DNA from: a virus
Strand: one strand, 5' to 3'
DNA: 64,000 nt
IMG/VR virus record: IMGVR_UViG_3300025534_000004
Location: 1 to 64,000 of that record
The stretch's first letter is position 1. Each line of letters opens with the position of its first letter. Shown in pieces: positions 59,491 to 64,000 of this stretch. Position numbers and translations under genes: made by a program. Below the pieces are notes generated by a model that was given only the letters and a program-made list of their open reading frames with translations, was not told the origin of the DNA and searched no databases.

Positions 59491-60531
59491 TCAGGTGATC
59501 CGGTAGCCGAACTCCACCGCGTTGACCGCCTCGGCCGTCCAGCCCGAACCTGTCGCGGGATCGGTCGTGTACAGGTCCTCAAGCGTCTGGTAGGTCTGGG
59601 TCGCGAGGCGGGGATTGCCCGGCGATTCCGTATCACCGGATTTCAGGATGGTTTGTGCCGAACGGTCGGCGGTGTCGTCCTTTCTGACCACCGCCTTGAC
59701 ATTCAACCCAAGCACGACGCTGCCACTCGGCACCATGTTGCTCGTGCTCGTGAAAGTATCGGTCGCACCGATAGCGGACGCCGTGTTGTAGCTGGTGTCC
59801 CCATCGTTGGAGAACGCCATCTCCCAATTCTGCTTGCCTGCGGTATTAGGCGTGAAATCGTGGTAATCGCCATTGGCCGACGGCGTGCGGACGCGCACCG
59901 AGCAGATACCAAGAAAATCATTGTATGGTGCCGGGCCGCTTCCGTCGCAGATGTACAGGTCGTCGATGAGCGACTGCCCTGAAACGATGGACGACGTGAA
60001 ACGGACGCGGTCAATCATGCTGGCCCCGCTGCCCTGTGTGTTCACGCCGACGAGCGCAATCTGGTTGATGCCATCGACGCGTACGGTCACGGCGCCATCG
60101 GTGATCCCGATCTTGATCTGCACCTCCACATACTGCCACGTATCCCTTGGATACGGATCGGCCACGGCCAACGTGGTGTATTCCGAGGATGTCAAGCCGA
60201 CACCGGCTATGATCCCAGAGTCGCTGAACTTGATAAAAGGTCCTTGCGGGGTATAGGGATCATCGACGTTCACGTTCGGAAACATCATGTTGAGAACGTC
60301 GTAGGCTCCGTTGACAGGATCGCGCTGGCGTTTATGGGCGAACCCAACAGTCACGAAGTTGGTCGGCGGAATGGGGCGGGCGATTCTGTTCCTGACCCAG
60401 AGCGTCTTTGCGCCATACCCATACCTTCCGGTATCGGACAGCAATCCGATTAGATTGGTGCCGGTGATATATAACGACAGGTCCGTCTCAGACCTGTATG
60501 CATCAAACCCGTCAAAACAGATCAGCGCCAT
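59491..60531 (-). CDS. Putative virion protein with LamG/lectin-like domain
   Basis: MAL...DGFD, WQYVEV...G.V.VRVDG, IDDLYI.D, NDFLG, DPATG..WT; TAAATA at 60565. Confidence 0.7.
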   Translation of the reverse strand: MALICFDGFDAYRSETDLSLYITGTNLIGLLSDTGRYGYGAKTLWVRNRIARPIPPTNFVTVGFAHKRQRDPVNGAYDVLNMMFPNVNVDDPYTPQGPFIKFSDSGIIAGVGLTSSEYTTLAVADPYPRDTWQYVEVQIKIGITDGAVTVRVDGINQIALVGVNTQGSGASMIDRVRFTSSIVSGQSLIDDLYICDGSGPAPYNDFLGICSVRVRTPSANGDYHDFTPNTAGKQNWEMAFSNDGDTSYNTASAIGATDTFTSTSNMVPSGSVVLGLNVKAVVRKDDTADRSAQTILKSGDTESPGNPRLATQTYQTLEDLYTTDPATGSGWTAEAVNAVEFGYRIT

Positions 60532-60582
60532 GATGCCGTACTAGCCCCGAATATAATTCGCCCGTATTTATGTGGCAGTATG

Positions 60583-60972
60583 TCAGTTCACGCAGAGGCC
60601 GAACGGCCGACGGCGGGGCGGCACCTCGCGTACCAATACCTCGACCACTGCATGTGTCGCTCGGAAATGCGGGTCTGGGTCGTCCGGATCGCTGCCGCCA
60701 TCGCTGCCACCCGGTGGTGGGACTTCGCGCACCAGTACCTCGACCACTGCATGTGTCGCTCGGAAATGCGGGTCTGGGTCGTCCGGATCGCTGCCGCCAT
60801 CGCTGCCACCCGGTGGTGGGACTTCGCGCACCAGTACCTCGACCGCAGCGTGCGTGGCGCGGAGATGCGGATCAGGATCGTCCGGACCGCTGCCACCATC
60901 GCTGCCACCCAGTGGTGGGACTTCGCGCACCAACACCTCAGTTGCGACAGAAGTTACCCGTAGCTCTGGCAT
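60583..60972 (-). CDS. Repeat protein: four R.T....EVLVRE strands joined by Gly/Asp/Pro linkers
   Basis: 33-aa repeat; TAAATA at 61004. Confidence 0.75.
   Translation of the reverse strand: MPELRVTSVATEVLVREVPPLGGSDGGSGPDDPDPHLRATHAAVEVLVREVPPPGGSDGGSDPDDPDPHFRATHAVVEVLVREVPPPGGSDGGSDPDDPDPHFRATHAVVEVLVREVPPRRRPFGLCVN
60620..60945. repeat. 99-bp tandem repeat, ~3.3 copies
   Basis: TCGACC(A/G)C unit recurs at 60641, 60740, 60839. Confidence 0.9.
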
Positions 60973-61119
60973 AACCGCGTTTCCACATTTGGATTTCGCT
61001 GGCTATTTACCGTGCGCGCGCAATCCGTCGTCGGTTGCCGGGCACATTGGCATTCTGTGCCACGGCACCATGCGTCCCCGAAAACTAAATACCGGGCATT
61101 TTATTCTCAGGTGTGTCCG

Positions 61120-63786
61120 ATGCCCGCTTCCTCGACCTATGCCACGCCGTTTGACATCATCGGCGGTGTCGCGGACCGCCCGATGCCGGGCGAGTTGCTT
61201 CTCCGTGTTGTCCTCGCCCGAGACTCCATGCTTCTGCCAGCCGGTCTCGGTGACAGCCGTGCCTATTGCACCGTGGCACCGACAGCGCCGACGGTGATGC
61301 CGATCTTCGTCAATGGAACCAAGGTCGCGCAAATCGATTTCGCACCCGGCCAGCACCGGGGCACCTTCACCTCCTCCTACGATGTCCTGCTCGAAAAGGG
61401 TGACATCATGGAGGTGTACGGACCGACCGTCAGCGATGCAACGTTCTCCGGTCCTGCCTTCACGATCTCCGGCCGCGTGGAAGGGCTTGCTTCGGCGGCT
61501 CGTCTCGCCGTGGCCCGCACCATCTCTCTGGCCGGGGATGCGAGCGGCTCGACCACCTTTGACGGTTCCGCAAACAGGACCATCTACGTCACCCTGACCA
61601 ATTCCGGCGTCGTGCCCGGCACCTACAGCCGTGTCGTCGTTGACGCCAAGGGACGTGTGGTGGCTGGCGCCGAAAGCGCGCCGGTCAGTCCGGAGGTGAT
61701 TCGGGATGCGCTTGGCTACACGCCTGCGAACCGCGCTGGCGACACCTTCACCGGCCCGGTGACCTTCGGTACGGCGACCGCCACCTTGATTACCGCCGAT
61801 CTGTTCACCGGTACCCTCAACGGTACGGCGACGCGCGCCAATACTGCGAATATCGCCACGCTGGCGAACCGTCTCGCGGTCAGCCGGTACATCAATCTGC
61901 TGGGCGAGGCGCAGGGCTCCGCCCTATTCGACGGCACCGCCAATGCGAATATCACCGTCTCGCTGGCTCCGACCGGCGTCACGCCGGGCACCTATAATCA
62001 GGTCGTGGTCGATGCCAAGGGCCGCGTCGTCGCGGCTTCCGTCGTGACCACGCCGCCGCCCACCATTACCCTGAACGGTGATGCCACTGGCTCCGGGACT
62101 TCGACGATTGCCCTCACCCTCGTTCCTACCGGCGTCTTGCCGGGCACCTACAACACCGTCACGGTGGATGCGAAGGGCCGGGTGGTCTCCGGTGCCTATG
62201 TCACCCCGACGCCGCAGGTGATCACTCTCACGGGTGACGCTTCGGGCTCGGGCAGCAGCACCATCGCCCTCACCCTCGCACCGACCGGCGTCACGCCGGG
62301 TACCTACAATCAGGTCGTGGTCGATGCCAAGGGGCGCGTGGTGGCCGCCTCCTCGGTGCCGGTGACACCGCCGTCGATCACCCTGACCGGCGATGCCTCC
62401 GGTTCCGGCACCTCGACGATTGAGCTTACCTTGGCGAATACCGGAGTGGCGCCGGGTGTCTACAATACGGTCACGGTCGATGCGAAGGGCCGGGTGATCG
62501 CGGGTACCTTCACGCCCCCGGCGGCGCCAACCATCACCCTGACGGGCGACGCCACCGGTTCCGGGACGGGCACCATTCCACTGACCCTTACGACCACGGG
62601 CGTTGCGCCCGGCACCTATGACAAGGTGGTGGTGGACGCCAAGGGCCGCGTGGTCGCGGGCTCGAACCCTCCCCCTGCTCCGGCACCGATCACCTTGACC
62701 GGCGATGCCACCGGTTCCGGCACCTCAACGATTGCCCTCACCCTCGCCCCTACCGGCGTCACGCCGGGCACCTACAACACCGTCACGGTGGATGCGAAGG
62801 GCCGGGTGATTGCGGCCAGCAACACACCGACCATCGTGTCGGTGGCGCTCACGGGCGACGTAACCGGCATCAGCAACAGCGGTGGAACCATCAGCGCCAC
62901 GCTGGCCGCCACGGGCGTGTCTCCGGGGACCTACAACACGGTCGTGGTCGATGCCAAGGGCCGGGTCGTCTACGGGTCGAATGCCGATATCGGTGGCGGC
63001 GATGACACCCTCGCCACCGTGACGGCGCGCGGCGCGACAACCAGTACGGCGATTTCGATCACCAATGCCACCGCGTCCACATCCAAGAATACCGGCGCGC
63101 TGGTCGTGTCGGGCGGTGTCGGTATCGGCAAGGAACTCACGGTCGGCGGCGATATCCGCGCCACCGGACGGCTACAGATCGACTACGGTGGCAGCGGCAG
63201 CACTTCGGATTTCGTCAATTTCGGCAGCAGGCGCGGCTTCTGTTTCTATATGGATGCCAATGCTGCGAACGCTCCGACGACCGACAGCTTCCGGATTTAC
63301 AACAATGTTGCCATGGGGACCAATACCGACAGCGGCCTGCTGTTCGAGATCGCGGACAATGGCCGCACCCGCATTCTGACCACGCTGGATTCGACCGGCT
63401 CGGACTCCGGCGCGCTCGTGGTCTCCGGCGGCCTCGGCGTCGGGAGGAATTTCAACGTCAAGGGCGCGGTCGGTGTCGGGCGGCAGGATTTGGGCAATGT
63501 CGTCGGTTCCCGGTCGATCAACATCGCGAATGGCAACTACGTCACCGCGACGATCATGGGCGCGACGATTTTCAGCTTCACGGGCGCGCCGAACGCCAAC
63601 GCGACCTCGCTGATCCTGCGTCTCACCAACGGCGGCTCCGCGACCATCTCTTGGCCGAGTACGGTCAAATGGCCGGGCGGCTTCCCGCCGAACCTCACGG
63701 CATCCGGCACCGATGTGCTGCTGTTCCTGAGCGATGACGGCGGCGCCACGTGGCGCGGCATGGTCGGTATGAAGGACGTGCGCTGA
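61120..63786 (+). CDS. Tail fibre protein with repeated shaft units
   Basis: 8 copies of GV.PG.Y..V.VDAKGRV, GALVVSGG.G.G units, C-terminal WP..VKW.GG..P.LT.SG.D module; TAAATA at 61086. Confidence 0.88.
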   Translation: MPASSTYATPFDIIGGVADRPMPGELLLRVVLARDSMLLPAGLGDSRAYCTVAPTAPTVMPIFVNGTKVAQIDFAPGQHRGTFTSSYDVLLEKGDIMEVYGPTVSDATFSGPAFTISGRVEGLASAARLAVARTISLAGDASGSTTFDGSANRTIYVTLTNSGVVPGTYSRVVVDAKGRVVAGAESAPVSPEVIRDALGYTPANRAGDTFTGPVTFGTATATLITADLFTGTLNGTATRANTANIATLANRLAVSRYINLLGEAQGSALFDGTANANITVSLAPTGVTPGTYNQVVVDAKGRVVAASVVTTPPPTITLNGDATGSGTSTIALTLVPTGVLPGTYNTVTVDAKGRVVSGAYVTPTPQVITLTGDASGSGSSTIALTLAPTGVTPGTYNQVVVDAKGRVVAASSVPVTPPSITLTGDASGSGTSTIELTLANTGVAPGVYNTVTVDAKGRVIAGTFTPPAAPTITLTGDATGSGTGTIPLTLTTTGVAPGTYDKVVVDAKGRVVAGSNPPPAPAPITLTGDATGSGTSTIALTLAPTGVTPGTYNTVTVDAKGRVIAASNTPTIVSVALTGDVTGISNSGGTISATLAATGVSPGTYNTVVVDAKGRVVYGSNADIGGGDDTLATVTARGATTSTAISITNATASTSKNTGALVVSGGVGIGKELTVGGDIRATGRLQIDYGGSGSTSDFVNFGSRRGFCFYMDANAANAPTTDSFRIYNNVAMGTNTDSGLLFEIADNGRTRILTTLDSTGSDSGALVVSGGLGVGRNFNVKGAVGVGRQDLGNVVGSRSINIANGNYVTATIMGATIFSFTGAPNANATSLILRLTNGGSATISWPSTVKWPGGFPPNLTASGTDVLLFLSDDGGATWRGMVGMKDVR

Positions 63787-64000
63787 TGCTGCCCGACCTC
63801 AACCTTCTCTTGGGGGGCCTTGGATCGCGCCCCTCAAAGCTGGTGCCGACCATCGTGCCGCTGCGTGGCCCGGCAGGCATGACGCGCCACATCTTCGACA
63901 ACACGTCCTTCGGCACCGCCAACAACGAGGACGACTGGTATCTCCGCGTCCCGTTGGCCGATACCTTCTACTACGATGGCGTCGGCTACAACGCCGTATA
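63786..64000 (+). CDS. Partial gene, probable fibre-associated protein
   Basis: TGATG-coupled to the fibre gene; open to the window end. Confidence 0.55.
   Translation, partial: MLPDLNLLLGGLGSRPSKLVPTIVPLRGPAGMTRHIFDNTSFGTANNEDDWYLRVPLADTFYYDGVGYNAV

Noticed and set aside
57272-59506. Long antisense ORFs (e.g. 744 aa here, 26487-27809, 51392-52744, 3561-4889)
   Set aside because: Shadow frames of GC-rich genes on the opposite strand; no motifs.
60570-60974. 99-bp repeats as a CRISPR array
   Set aside because: Whole units repeat with no unique spacers; in-frame coding repeat; no cas genes.

Overview
A 64-kb segment of a GC-rich, T4-superfamily jumbo myophage, probably infecting an Alphaproteobacterium (inferred from Usg, DUF465, LabA/NYN, HisKA_2 kinase and MetRS homologues). 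Core genes recognised from motifs: UvsY-UvsX-gp32 recombination cluster, terminase large subunit, gp4 head completion, tail tube, tail sheath and tail fibres. About 18 TAAATA late-promoter boxes sit upstream of morphogenesis genes. Translation cargo: 6 intact tRNAs, 1 broken tRNA-Lys, a mini GluRS and a MetRS. Three things stand out. (1) Two divergent tRNA operons (Lys/Lys; GluRS-Pro-Glu-Pro-Pro) are each preceded by a promoter, a short leader peptide containing the codons those tRNAs decode, mutually exclusive hairpins and an intrinsic terminator. These look like ribosome-sensing attenuators that switch on phage tRNAs when the host's cognate charged tRNA fails. (2) A four-gene adhesin locus splits one Ig/cadherin-like repeat into complementary fragments across separate proteins, suggesting a plug-and-socket branched fibre. 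(3) The terminase is encoded in two pieces joined by an atypically split intein inside Walker A. All calls come from reading the sequence by eye; no searches or folding programs were run.
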